From Candidatus Omnitrophota bacterium (GTDB lineage: Bacteria > Omnitrophota > Gorgyraeia > Zapsychrales > Fredricksoniimonadaceae), in the NCBI GenBank assembly GCA_044225175.1, contig JBGAJA010000002.1, positions 408,991 to 472,990 of the forward strand: a stretch of DNA of 64,000 bases, given 5' to 3'. A program made the translations under genes and the position numbers. Below the pieces are notes generated by a model. The model had not been told where the DNA came from. It did not search any database and worked only from the letters and a program-made list of their open reading frames with translations. Every line of letters starts with the position of its first letter. Positions within the stretch are counted from its first letter, which is position 1. Shown here piece by piece: positions 17,349-26,710 of the stretch.

Positions 17349-17870
17349 ATGAAATTAAAAGGCCAAAAGATTCTGATGTTTGTGGATGACATTTATGAAG
17401 ACATGGAACTTATGTATCCTAAGTATCGTTTGATTGAAGAAGGAGCTCAAGTGGTGGTAGCGGGTCCCAAAGCGGGACAGATTTATAAAGGGAAACATGG
17501 TTATCCTTGCAAAAGCGATGAGGCAATTGCAAATATTCAGTCTAAAGATTTCATAGCTCTAGTCATACCAGGGGGTTTTGCACCTGATCAATTAAGACGG
17601 GATCCAAAAGTATTAAGTCTCACAAAGGAATTCCATCAGGCTGGAAAACTGGTAGCTCATATTTGTCATGCCGGATGGATTCCAATCTCAGCTGGAGTAG
17701 TTAAGGGTATTAAATGCACATCCACTCCTGGGATTAAAGACGATCTAGTCAACGCTGGAGCCACATGGGTAGATGAGACTGTTGTGGTTGATAAGAACCA
17801 TATTACAAGCCGTAAACCAGATGATTTGCCTATTTTTTGTAAATCGATTATAGACTTCCTTTCTAGATAA
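17349..17870 (+). CDS. DJ-1/PfpI-family protein (protease/deglycase-like).
   Basis: PfpI-like fold sequence with a nucleophile elbow, AHICHAGW. Confidence 0.8.
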   Translation: MKLKGQKILMFVDDIYEDMELMYPKYRLIEEGAQVVVAGPKAGQIYKGKHGYPCKSDEAIANIQSKDFIALVIPGGFAPDQLRRDPKVLSLTKEFHQAGKLVAHICHAGWIPISAGVVKGIKCTSTPGIKDDLVNAGATWVDETVVVDKNHITSRKPDDLPIFCKSIIDFLSR

Positions 17871-17938
17871 CGGTTTTTTTTCAATATAGCCTCACAGGAC
17901 TTGATTTTTCATGTTTATATGGTTTACTTTATATAAAT

Positions 17939-20900
17939 ATGAGAAAACAAACCACAATGACCTACATCAGCCGAAGGCTGATCAGCCTCTGGCTGACAGC
18001 TGCTTTTATAGTTGGCCCTTTGCCCAGGGCTCAGGCGCAAGATTTTACCTTACCTAAGCCTGGTGTCATGGTGCATCTAAGCCCTGAATTTACACCTGCT
18101 CATTTACAGGGCATGACCATTCATCCTGGTAATGCCTTACAATTCGATTTCTTAATTCACAAAGGCGATAAGAATTTACAAGCAGATCAGAAGAAAGAAG
18201 AATATAAGAAACTGATCAAGTATTTCCTCGCTTCTTTGACCATTCCTGATGAAGATCAATGGGTGAACCTTTCTCCCTATGAGAAGGATCGGATCATTAA
18301 GGATGATTTTGGTAAGACTGAGATGGGCCGAGATCTTTTAGCTCAGGATTATCTATTAAAACAAATTACCTCTAGCCTCATTTATCCCGAAGATAGTTTA
18401 GGACAGAAGTTCTGGGACAAGATCTATGAACGTGCCTGGAAGGAATATCATACGACCAATATCCCAGTGAATACGTTTAATAAGGTCTGGATTGTTCCGG
18501 ATGAAGCGATTGTGTATGAGAGTGGCAATAGCGCTTACATTCTCAAAAGTCATTTGAAGGTCATGCTAGAGGAAGATTATTTGTCATTAGAAAAGCATTC
18601 TGGTGTCATGGCGAACCACAAAGGGGTGAAGCAATTTTTTAAATCTGAAAAGATTGCCCCGTCGCCTTCGGCTCCTCGCAATGACACAAGTTCTCTTGGT
18701 TCGCAGGTAGTCCGCGAAATTGTACTTCCTGCTCTTGAGAAGGAAGTTAATGAAGGGGAGAATTTTTCTAATCTTCGTCAAATGTACAGCGGGATGGTTC
18801 TGGCGACATGGTACAAGAAAGCCCTTAAAGAATCTTTACTGGGAAAGTTTTATACTGATAAAGCCAAGGTCAAAGGAGTTAATCAGGATCCACAAAATAA
18901 TCAAGCCATTTACCAACAGTATCTCAAAGCTTTCAAGAAGGGCTGTTTTAATTATATCAAAGAAGATGTAGACAAATACACCAAGGAATCGGTTCCTAGA
19001 AAATATTTCTCCGGCGGTTTTCACCGCCCTATGTTCAGAAATGGATCCGAAGTAACCTTTATCCCTGCAGGGAAGTTGAATAGAACCTTAGCGATGGCAG
19101 CTATAGTTTCATCGCAAGAATCTCTAGAGCAGGCCACTGTTGCGTTTAATGCAGCAGGAGAGATAAGGAACAGTGCTCAATCGGCAGGCGATCAGGCGAT
19201 GATGGAAAATCCTCCGAAAGACTCCAATGCGGGAAGAGAAACATTAACCTTAGAAGCTTTGGAGAGAATTATGAGCTCCTATATCCAATCGAATGAAAAA
19301 TCGATCTATGGGTTTATTCAAACTTTGATACATAGCGTAGGAGGGGAAGCAAACATAACTGCGGATCCTAAAGGAATCGAACAAGGCGCTACAATTAGCT
19401 TTGCTTTTAGTTTTCGCAGAAATATTGAGTTATCAGGCAAAACATATAGTGCCCTTGAAGTGTCAACATTTATCCTAACCGAACTTGAAAGAAAGCTTAA
19501 TGAAGAATATGGCCGCAACTATAAAGTTGAAAGCCATATCATAGACAACCACGAGAGAGAATTGCATGATGACAGGAATTTTCAACTTGTGGTTGATATC
19601 GATAGAAGAACATTTGAAAAGGCGAAAATGCGCTATAAACAATTAATGTCCTTTTCGGATATTCTTAGTCGAATTGATGAAATACCCAGAACAGCACGCC
19701 CTAATATTTTATTTATGGTGCCTAGAGACGGCAACAGCCCAATTTATTTGATGCTTCAAAATACCGGACGATACATATTCTTTGACCATGTCACTGCCTT
19801 TAGTGTATTTAATGAAGAGCTTTATTATTCTTATTTGGATCCACAGGAACAAGGCAATGTAATTTTTGTTTGTTTGAATGCAAAAGGTGTTATTAGGCAA
19901 TTAAGACCAAATGAGGTCCCAAAGAGCCTCAGAGAAGAATTTGGTATACAAGAATCTGATTTGATGGATTTAAATGGTAATTATAAGGCCAGTTTTATTA
20001 TTGGCGGGTTCAATGATAATAATGTAATTGATTCCTTAACTCAGCTAAAAGGCGTCAAAATGGAAGATGTTGAGAATAAGATGAAAGAAACTTCACAAAC
20101 AGATGCAAAATCGATTAAGGATTTATTAAAAGATCAAAACACAAAGGTAACAAAGAGAGGATTTACACATCAAGAAATAGCTGAAGCGCTTTTTATAGCT
20201 ATGCAAAATATACCTGGAAAATATTTTAAAATTGCCAACTATGATTTCTTAATTGAAAAATCAACAAGTGATTCAAATAAAGATCCTGTATTCATAAACC
20301 CCAACAATTTTCTATCGCCAGACGCACGAAAAGTCCAATATACGCTAAGGAACATCTCATTGGATAGATCAATTACATTTTTTGCATCAACTGCTTACGA
20401 TATTGCGAATTTTGGTTTTTACGGGGACCTTGATCCATTAAATATGATCGAAGTATTAGGATTAAAACCTGTGGGAAGAGATACTGGCTCTTCTGAGGAT
20501 CAGCCAAATATTATCGATGGTAAAGCTCGAATCAATCCTGATGCAAGGATGCCAGATATTAAGAAAAAGATGCGAGCAAGTAACGAAGAGTTAGAGCGAT
20601 ATCATGCTGGGATTACAGCGGCATTAACGGCCGTAGTGAAGATTAATTTAGGCAAAGATGATATAGGAGAGACAAAAATTATTAATTTTGGATCAACATC
20701 AAGAGATACGCACATCGATAATTTTTCTAATGAAGGTTTAGATATTGATTATCTTATTCAATTTAGTACTGAAGATGAGTTGAAGCTGTTTAGACGAAAC
20801 CTGAAAACATTCGGTTTTTCTGCTGCAAAGGTTATTTTTCAAGATAAAGGTTTTGAATTTGCGCAGGGACAGAGAGGTTTGACTCCTGAAGGTCAATATT

Positions 20901-21661
20901 TACAGTCGTTTTATGTTAGAGAAAAGGGTCAAAAGATATGGATTCTATTGCATGTAAAATTTGCAGTAACGAAAAAAGATTTAATTTATATAGATTGGTT
21001 TGACCGGCAAATGACTCAAATTGAAAATTTAGGAGAAAGCCGTGAACAAATTGCCAGAGAAATTCGTAAGATGAAAAGCGTTATTCAAGATATGCGAAAG
21101 GGAAAAACTTATAAGCGTCGTGCTATTTCTATTGCCTTTGAGCAATTGGTTATTCAATCAGCGGGTGCTTCAGATTATGGGCGCACAATATTAGGAGTTG
21201 GAAGTTTTCAAAAGGCCATCGATCGAGTTTATGAGGCAGGTTATGATAAGCTAAATAAACGTGTAATCCCTCTTCAAGAAGTTCAAGATACTTTTCAAAT
21301 TTTTGATCCGGAGAAGAGAACTAATTATATAGCTACTTTTACAGTTCAGGAATGGAATGATTTAGTCAATTTAGTTATAAAAATTAAAGAAACACCAGAT
21401 TTTCTTAAGGAGATTATCGTAGGCAACCCAGGGAACTTGACAGATTCAAACAAAGCGATGACAGCAAAAGGTGGTGTTGACTTTAACTCTGCGAATTTGA
21501 ATTTACAAATCAAGCGTGATGGCCGTGGGGTGCCGCTGCCTTTAGCCCAGCAGGATATGGCCCAACTAAACGCCATTGAAGGTTTTGAAGTTAATATCTT
21601 GGAAATTAAACCTGCTGTTAATGTTTCCATCATTTCTGAATTAAAAACCATTGCAAAATAA
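17939..21661 (+). CDS. Large secreted modular protein, paralog 1 (1240 aa). It has a conserved N-terminal domain, a putative pol-beta-like nucleotidyltransferase motif in the middle region, and a conserved C-terminal domain.
   Basis: Signal peptide. The N-terminal roughly 330 aa and C-terminal roughly 90 aa are homologous to the 26711 and 63512 ORFs (KLIKYFLASLTIP..WVNLSPYEKDRI). A GS..(15)..DID motif lies near 20690-20749. Confidence 0.6.
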   Translation: MRKQTTMTYISRRLISLWLTAAFIVGPLPRAQAQDFTLPKPGVMVHLSPEFTPAHLQGMTIHPGNALQFDFLIHKGDKNLQADQKKEEYKKLIKYFLASLTIPDEDQWVNLSPYEKDRIIKDDFGKTEMGRDLLAQDYLLKQITSSLIYPEDSLGQKFWDKIYERAWKEYHTTNIPVNTFNKVWIVPDEAIVYESGNSAYILKSHLKVMLEEDYLSLEKHSGVMANHKGVKQFFKSEKIAPSPSAPRNDTSSLGSQVVREIVLPALEKEVNEGENFSNLRQMYSGMVLATWYKKALKESLLGKFYTDKAKVKGVNQDPQNNQAIYQQYLKAFKKGCFNYIKEDVDKYTKESVPRKYFSGGFHRPMFRNGSEVTFIPAGKLNRTLAMAAIVSSQESLEQATVAFNAAGEIRNSAQSAGDQAMMENPPKDSNAGRETLTLEALERIMSSYIQSNEKSIYGFIQTLIHSVGGEANITADPKGIEQGATISFAFSFRRNIELSGKTYSALEVSTFILTELERKLNEEYGRNYKVESHIIDNHERELHDDRNFQLVVDIDRRTFEKAKMRYKQLMSFSDILSRIDEIPRTARPNILFMVPRDGNSPIYLMLQNTGRYIFFDHVTAFSVFNEELYYSYLDPQEQGNVIFVCLNAKGVIRQLRPNEVPKSLREEFGIQESDLMDLNGNYKASFIIGGFNDNNVIDSLTQLKGVKMEDVENKMKETSQTDAKSIKDLLKDQNTKVTKRGFTHQEIAEALFIAMQNIPGKYFKIANYDFLIEKSTSDSNKDPVFINPNNFLSPDARKVQYTLRNISLDRSITFFASTAYDIANFGFYGDLDPLNMIEVLGLKPVGRDTGSSEDQPNIIDGKARINPDARMPDIKKKMRASNEELERYHAGITAALTAVVKINLGKDDIGETKIINFGSTSRDTHIDNFSNEGLDIDYLIQFSTEDELKLFRRNLKTFGFSAAKVIFQDKGFEFAQGQRGLTPEGQYLQSFYVREKGQKIWILLHVKFAVTKKDLIYIDWFDRQMTQIENLGESREQIAREIRKMKSVIQDMRKGKTYKRRAISIAFEQLVIQSAGASDYGRTILGVGSFQKAIDRVYEAGYDKLNKRVIPLQEVQDTFQIFDPEKRTNYIATFTVQEWNDLVNLVIKIKETPDFLKEIIVGNPGNLTDSNKAMTAKGGVDFNSANLNLQIKRDGRGVPLPLAQQDMAQLNAIEGFEVNILEIKPAVNVSIISELKTIAK
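18603..18687. repeat. Degenerate family B palindrome, in frame inside the paralog-1 gene.
   Basis: The sequence is gtgtcatggcgaacc...gaagattgccccgtcgccttcggctcctcgcaatgacac. It translates as SGVMANHKGVKQFFKSEKIAPSPSAPRNDTSS and lies exactly in a segment that is hypervariable between paralogs. Confidence 0.7.
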
Positions 21662-21695
21662 GAGAGTATGAAACACTTAGAGGTCAAATGTGGTC

Positions 21696-21723
21696 TTGAC
21701 AAAGAAATAGCTCATGCTATACT
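21696..21723 (+). promoter_or_regulatory. Sigma70-type promoter: TTGACA, 16-nt spacer, TGcTATACT.
   Basis: Consensus -35 and an extended -10, upstream of hrcA. Confidence 0.55.
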
Positions 21724-21724
21724 T

Positions 21725-21751
21725 CTAGCAGTCAAACATTGAGAGTGCTAA
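21725..21751 (+). promoter_or_regulatory. CIRCE (HrcA operator) CTAGCAGTC-N9-GAGTGCTAA.
   Basis: Perfect right arm and a 9-nt spacer. It lies between the promoter and hrcA. Confidence 0.65.
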
Positions 21752-21812
21752 TCCTGCTGCGCTCCAAAACTTCCGTTTGGGAGCTTCGCAGAGATGAGTC
21801 TCAGGAAAACAT

Positions 21813-22547
21813 ATGGCAGCTAAACATTTAGATATCAAACAACGTAAAGATCGAATCCTGGCTATTGTCGTTGGGCAATATATCAAGACAATTACGCCGG
21901 TTGGGTCTCATTTTTTGACTGCTGAATACAATTTAGATGTTTCTCCCGCCACTGTCAGGAACATCTTGGCAGAGTTAGAAGAACAAGGTTATTTGACACA
22001 TCCTCACACATCCGCGGGCCGCATTCCGACCCAGCGCGGTTATCGGTACTATGTAGATCACTTAATGAATGAAATTCAGCTTTTGGAAGAAGAAAAGCGG
22101 CGAATTCAGTCAGAACACAAGCAATATACTAATCAGTTAGAAGCTTTAATGGAAAAAACGTCTGAAACCCTTTCAGACTTAACACATTGCACCAGTATCA
22201 TTTCAATTGATGGCTGGGGAAGTAAAATTATTTTAAAAGGGACGAGCCATGTGGTTGGCTATCCTGAACAAGTAGATGTTTTGAAGATTCAGGCGATCTT
22301 GAGGATTCTTGAAGAGAAGGAACGTTTATTATCTTTGATTAATCGTGATTTGGAACACAAAACGGAGATCTTTATCGGCCATGAAATGGCCTTGAAAGAA
22401 ATGGAAAGCTGTTCTTTAGCTGTCTCAAGCTTTGAACAAGAGGGTGTCACAGGACGCATTGCAGTTTTGGGACCAACTCGTATGGACTATGACCGCGTAG
22501 TTTCTGCTCTTGAGTATATCTCCGATTTGTTAAGTCATAGAAAATAG
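21813..22547 (+). CDS. hrcA: Heat-inducible transcription repressor HrcA.
   Basis: N-terminal winged HTH and HrcA-like sequence. It lies upstream of grpE-dnaK. Confidence 0.9.
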   Translation: MAAKHLDIKQRKDRILAIVVGQYIKTITPVGSHFLTAEYNLDVSPATVRNILAELEEQGYLTHPHTSAGRIPTQRGYRYYVDHLMNEIQLLEEEKRRIQSEHKQYTNQLEALMEKTSETLSDLTHCTSIISIDGWGSKIILKGTSHVVGYPEQVDVLKIQAILRILEEKERLLSLINRDLEHKTEIFIGHEMALKEMESCSLAVSSFEQEGVTGRIAVLGPTRMDYDRVVSALEYISDLLSHRK

Positions 22548-22565
22548 AAAAGGACACAATAAGGT

Positions 22566-23105
22566 ATGGACGAAAAAGTTCAACAACCTCAAGAAGAAAT
22601 TTTGTCACAAGAACAACATCCTCAAGAGCCCAGCGCTTCACAAGCTAGTGAAGTAGATGTGTTAAAGAATTTGTTGAGTATTGAGAAAGATAAATATGTT
22701 CGTCTCTTAGCTGAATTCGACAATATGAGAAAACGTCATGAGCGCGATCGCATGGAATTGATTAAATATGCTCATGAGGAAGTTATTATTGAATGTTTAA
22801 AGCTTTATGATAATCTTGAACGCTCTTTGAACGCTTTTAAGGCAAAAGAAGGAACTGATCCAAACTTGGTCAAAGGTCTTGAAATGGTTTTTAATACGAT
22901 GAAAGAACTGATGACTAAATATGAGGTTAAACCAATAGAAGCTGTTGGTAAACCTTTTGATCCAAACACACAAGAAGTGTTGATGCAGCAAGAAACAACG
23001 GATTTTCCCGACGGTGTTGTCATGGAAGAATTTGAAAAAGGATATACCCTAGGTGGTAAGGTTGTGCGGACCCCTAAAGTTAAAGTAGCGAAGAACAATA
23101 CGTAG
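22566..23105 (+). CDS. grpE: Nucleotide exchange factor GrpE.
   Basis: GrpE coiled-coil and C-terminal beta domain, in the conserved operon position. Confidence 0.9.
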   Translation: MDEKVQQPQEEILSQEQHPQEPSASQASEVDVLKNLLSIEKDKYVRLLAEFDNMRKRHERDRMELIKYAHEEVIIECLKLYDNLERSLNAFKAKEGTDPNLVKGLEMVFNTMKELMTKYEVKPIEAVGKPFDPNTQEVLMQQETTDFPDGVVMEEFEKGYTLGGKVVRTPKVKVAKNNT

Positions 23106-23163
23106 AGACGTAGCAGTGCTGCGTCTGTACAGGAAATATTAATCAAGAATCAAGGAGGAATAT

Positions 23164-25092
23164 ATGGGTAAAGTCATTGGAATCGATTTAGGTACATCAA
23201 ATTCAGCTGCAGCTGTGATGGAAGGCGGCAGACCAGTCATCATCCCTTCAGCAGAAGGGGCTGGGGTTGCATCGGGTAAGGCATTTCCATCATTTGTTGC
23301 CTTCACCAAAGACGGGCAATTACTCGTCGGAGAACCTGCACGTCGTCAGGCTCCTATCAATTCAGAAGGAACCATTTATGCTTCCAAGCGTAAAATGGGT
23401 ACAGATTTTAAATTTAAAGTGTTCGGTAAGGAATACACTCCTCAACAAGTCGGATCATTTATCTTACAAAAAATCAAAGCAGATGCTGAGAAGTTTTTAG
23501 GCGAAACAGTTGATGGCGTTGTCATCACCGTTCCTGCTTACTTCAATGATAATCAGCGTCAAGCCACAAAAGATGCTGGTGAAATCGCTGGCTTAAAAGT
23601 TCTTCGTATTATCAACGAACCAACCGCTGCTTGCTTGGCTTATGGTTTGGATAAAGTCGGCAAAGAACAAAAGGTCATGGTTTTCGATCTTGGCGGTGGA
23701 ACATTGGATGTCACCATCCTTGAAATGGGCTGGGATGAAGCAGCTAAAGCAGCTACATTTGAAGTATTATCGACGAGTGGTGACAATCAACTAGGCGGTA
23801 CTGATATGGATAACGCTTTGATTGATCATATCGTTAACGAATTCAAAAAAGAAAGCGGTATTGATTTGCGTAACGATAAAATGTCATTCCAACGTTTACG
23901 CGAAGCTGCTGAAAAAGCTAAGGTGGAGTTATCTAGCACTGTTTCCACTGAAGTGAATCTACCTTATATTACGGCTGATGCCACAGGGCCAAAGCATTTA
24001 AATATGAAGATCGATCGTGCCAAATTAGAAAGTTTGATTGGGCCAATCGTTGATCGTTGTAAAGGGCCTGTTCGTCAAGCCATTAAAGATGCTTCTTCCA
24101 AATTAGGCGAAGAGGTGAAGGTTGACCGCATTGTCTTAGTCGGCGGTCCAACACGTATGCCAGTTGTTCAACAATTCTTGGAAAAAGAAGTTGGACAAAA
24201 AATCGAAGGTGGTATTGATCCAATGGAATGCGTGGCCTTAGGAGCTGCAATCCAGGGCGCTATCATCACTGGAGATGCTAAAGAAGTTCTTTTACTCGAC
24301 GTGACACCACTCTCTTTAGGGATTGAAACCATGGGTGGAGTTTTTACCAAGATGATTGAACGAAACACCACAATCCCAACTAAAAAAGCAATGCCATTCT
24401 CAACGGCTGAAGATAATCAGCCTGCGGTGACAATCCGTGTCCTGCAAGGTGAACGTCAAATGGCTAATGACAATACAGAGCTTGGAAGATTTGATTTAGT
24501 AGGGATTCCTCCAGCTCCTCGAGGCGTTCCTAAGATCGAAGTCACATTCGACATTGATGCCAACGGTATTGTTCACGTGACGGCTAAGGACACAGCAACC
24601 AACAAAGAACAAAAAATTCAAATCACAGCAAAGACCAAGTTGTCCGACGACGAAATTCAGAAAATGGTCAAAGAAGCAGAGAAATTTGCTGAAGAAGATA
24701 AAAAACGCCGTGAAGAAGCTGAGCTTCTTAATCAAGCCAATACATTGCTTTATTCTACAGAAAAGTCATTGAAAGATTATGGTGATAAAGTTTCTGCTGA
24801 TGATAAAGCTAATATCGAGAAAGAATTGGCTGCTTTAAAAGAAGCTATCGAAAAGAAAGATCAAGAAAAAATCAAATCATCTATGGAATCATTGCAAAAG
24901 GTCAGCCACAAGCTAGCTGAAGAAATGTACAAGGCTACAGCTGCCCAGCAACAAGGTGCTCCTGGAGCAGATGCAGGAGCTCAGCCTAATGATGCGGGTC
25001 CTTCACAAGATCAAGGTGGCGCATCAGATGAAGGTTCTAAACCAAAGGATGATGTAATCGACGCTGATTTTAAGGCGACGGATAAAAAATAA
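23164..25092 (+). CDS. dnaK: Chaperone DnaK (Hsp70).
   Basis: Highly conserved Hsp70 sequence with GIDLGTSNS and DLGGGTLD motifs. Confidence 0.97.
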   Translation: MGKVIGIDLGTSNSAAAVMEGGRPVIIPSAEGAGVASGKAFPSFVAFTKDGQLLVGEPARRQAPINSEGTIYASKRKMGTDFKFKVFGKEYTPQQVGSFILQKIKADAEKFLGETVDGVVITVPAYFNDNQRQATKDAGEIAGLKVLRIINEPTAACLAYGLDKVGKEQKVMVFDLGGGTLDVTILEMGWDEAAKAATFEVLSTSGDNQLGGTDMDNALIDHIVNEFKKESGIDLRNDKMSFQRLREAAEKAKVELSSTVSTEVNLPYITADATGPKHLNMKIDRAKLESLIGPIVDRCKGPVRQAIKDASSKLGEEVKVDRIVLVGGPTRMPVVQQFLEKEVGQKIEGGIDPMECVALGAAIQGAIITGDAKEVLLLDVTPLSLGIETMGGVFTKMIERNTTIPTKKAMPFSTAEDNQPAVTIRVLQGERQMANDNTELGRFDLVGIPPAPRGVPKIEVTFDIDANGIVHVTAKDTATNKEQKIQITAKTKLSDDEIQKMVKEAEKFAEEDKKRREEAELLNQANTLLYSTEKSLKDYGDKVSADDKANIEKELAALKEAIEKKDQEKIKSSMESLQKVSHKLAEEMYKATAAQQQGAPGADAGAQPNDAGPSQDQGGASDEGSKPKDDVIDADFKATDKK

Positions 25093-25114
25093 TAAAATGA
25101 ATGCGGAATTTATC

Positions 25115-25173
25115 GTAGGGGCGGCCCCCTGTGGCCGCCCTTAATAAGGGCCGGCACAGGGGCCTGCCCCTAC
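25115..25173. repeat. REP-like palindrome, family A variant, in the dnaK-dnaJ intergenic region.
   Basis: The sequence is gtaggggcggccccctgtggccgcccttaataagggccggcacaggggcctgcccctac. Confidence 0.8.
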
Positions 25174-25183
25174 AAAAATTATT

Positions 25184-26302
25184 ATGAAAAAAGATTATTA
25201 CGAAATATTAGGCGTCGCCAAAACTGCAACTTTAGCTGAAGTTAAAAAAGCTTATCGATCACTGGCCCTCAAATATCATCCAGACCGTGTTGCAGAGGCT
25301 GAGAAAAAAGATGCTGAGGCAAAGTTTAAAGAAATCTCTGAGGCCTATGGTGTCCTTTCAGATCCACAGAAAAGACAAACTTACGATCAATACGGCCATC
25401 AAGGAATTGATCAGACATATACGTCAGAAGATATTTTTAAAGGCGCTGATTTTTCAAGCATTTTTGAAGGAGCTGGTCTTGGAGATATTTTAGGTCAAAT
25501 GTTTGGAGGTAGTTTTGAAGGCGGTGGTCGTTCAAGTCGACGCGCGCGCGGTCGCGATATTCAATATGAAGTAGAGCTTACTCTGGAAGATGCTTATAAA
25601 GGCGTTCACAAAGAAATCAAAGTTCCTCGTCATGAATATTGCAAGCAATGCGATGGGACAGGGGCTAAGAATGGCACTGCTTTAAAGACTTGCCCAACAT
25701 GTCATGGTCAAGGACAAGTTGTGATGTCATCGGGTTTTTTCCGTATGGCTCAAACATGCGGGCAATGTCAAGGTCGTGGTAAGACAATCACAGAAAGCTG
25801 TCTTGAATGTTCAGGCCAAGGTGTTAAACGGGTCGTTAGAAATATTGACGTCACAATTCCAGCTGGTGTTGACAATGATTCTCAGCTTCGTGTGCGTGGA
25901 GAAGGTGAAATAGGCCAAGGTGGAAGTGGGGACTTGTATTTATTTATCAAAGTCAGAGACCACCAGGTCTATCGACGAGATGGGGATGATTTATATATGG
26001 ATGTCCCAGTGAGTTTTGTGAAGGCGACATTGGGTGGAGATGTGCTTGTTAAGACATTAAAAGAATCCGTTGAGATGAAGATCCCAAGCGGTACTCAAGG
26101 TGGAAAGATGTTTAGGCTCAAAGGCCAAGGAATGCCTTCTGTTCATGGGCATGACCATGGAGATTTATATGCAAGAGTTATGATTGAAATACCCACAAAC
26201 CTAAATACACGCCAGAGAGAAATTCTGGAAGAATTCGCCAAAGAATCTGGGGAATCCGTCAAAGGTTCATTAAAAGATCGATTCAAGAAAGCATTTAAAT
26301 AA
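25184..26302 (+). CDS. dnaJ: Chaperone DnaJ.
   Basis: J-domain HPD motif (YHPDR), Gly-rich linker, and four CxxCxGxG zinc-finger repeats. Confidence 0.95.
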   Translation: MKKDYYEILGVAKTATLAEVKKAYRSLALKYHPDRVAEAEKKDAEAKFKEISEAYGVLSDPQKRQTYDQYGHQGIDQTYTSEDIFKGADFSSIFEGAGLGDILGQMFGGSFEGGGRSSRRARGRDIQYEVELTLEDAYKGVHKEIKVPRHEYCKQCDGTGAKNGTALKTCPTCHGQGQVVMSSGFFRMAQTCGQCQGRGKTITESCLECSGQGVKRVVRNIDVTIPAGVDNDSQLRVRGEGEIGQGGSGDLYLFIKVRDHQVYRRDGDDLYMDVPVSFVKATLGGDVLVKTLKESVEMKIPSGTQGGKMFRLKGQGMPSVHGHDHGDLYARVMIEIPTNLNTRQREILEEFAKESGESVKGSLKDRFKKAFK

Positions 26303-26303
26303 T

Positions 26304-26585
26304 ATGCCAACATATCAATACCAATGCGAAGCCTGTGGTCATGAATTTGAAGAACTTCAATCCATGACTGATAAGAAATTAACGAAATGTCCTAAGTGTA
26401 AAAAGCCTAAGCTAGTTCGTTTAATCGGAAGCGGCGCCGGCATGATTTTCAAAGGCAGCGGCTTTTATGAAACCGATTATAAGAAAAAATCACCATCTTC
26501 TGATTCAAAGCCTGCATCAAAACCCTCTTCGCCTGCTTCAAGCACTGGTAGTTGCGGAGGCGGGTGTGCCTGCCATCCTGCATAG
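26304..26585 (+). CDS. FmdB-family zinc-ribbon protein.
   Basis: N-terminal YQYQCEACGHEFE...CPKCK zinc ribbon and an S/P-rich tail. Confidence 0.6.
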   Translation: MPTYQYQCEACGHEFEELQSMTDKKLTKCPKCKKPKLVRLIGSGAGMIFKGSGFYETDYKKKSPSSDSKPASKPSSPASSTGSCGGGCACHPA

Positions 26586-26642
26586 TTAAGGGATTAATAG
26601 CCAATTTAGATTATAACTCATTTCATATCAATGGGTTATAAG

Positions 26643-26671
26643 TTGGACAACTTTTCTTTATATGCTATCTT
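26643..26671 (+). promoter_or_regulatory. Sigma70-type promoter: TTGGAC(A), about 17-nt spacer, TGcTATCTT.
   Basis: Shares the ATATGCTATCTT -10 region with the hsp20 promoter. No CIRCE follows it. Confidence 0.45.
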
Positions 26672-26710
26672 TTCTTTAAATCTTATCTAGTCCTATTTAA
26701 GAGGTGAATT

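Noticed and set aside
17871-17881. T8 homopolymer between pfpI and paralog 1, as a phase-variation tract or terminator.
   Set aside because: It is intergenic, not in a coding frame or a clear -10/-35 spacer, and no preceding GC hairpin is present. I could not support either role.
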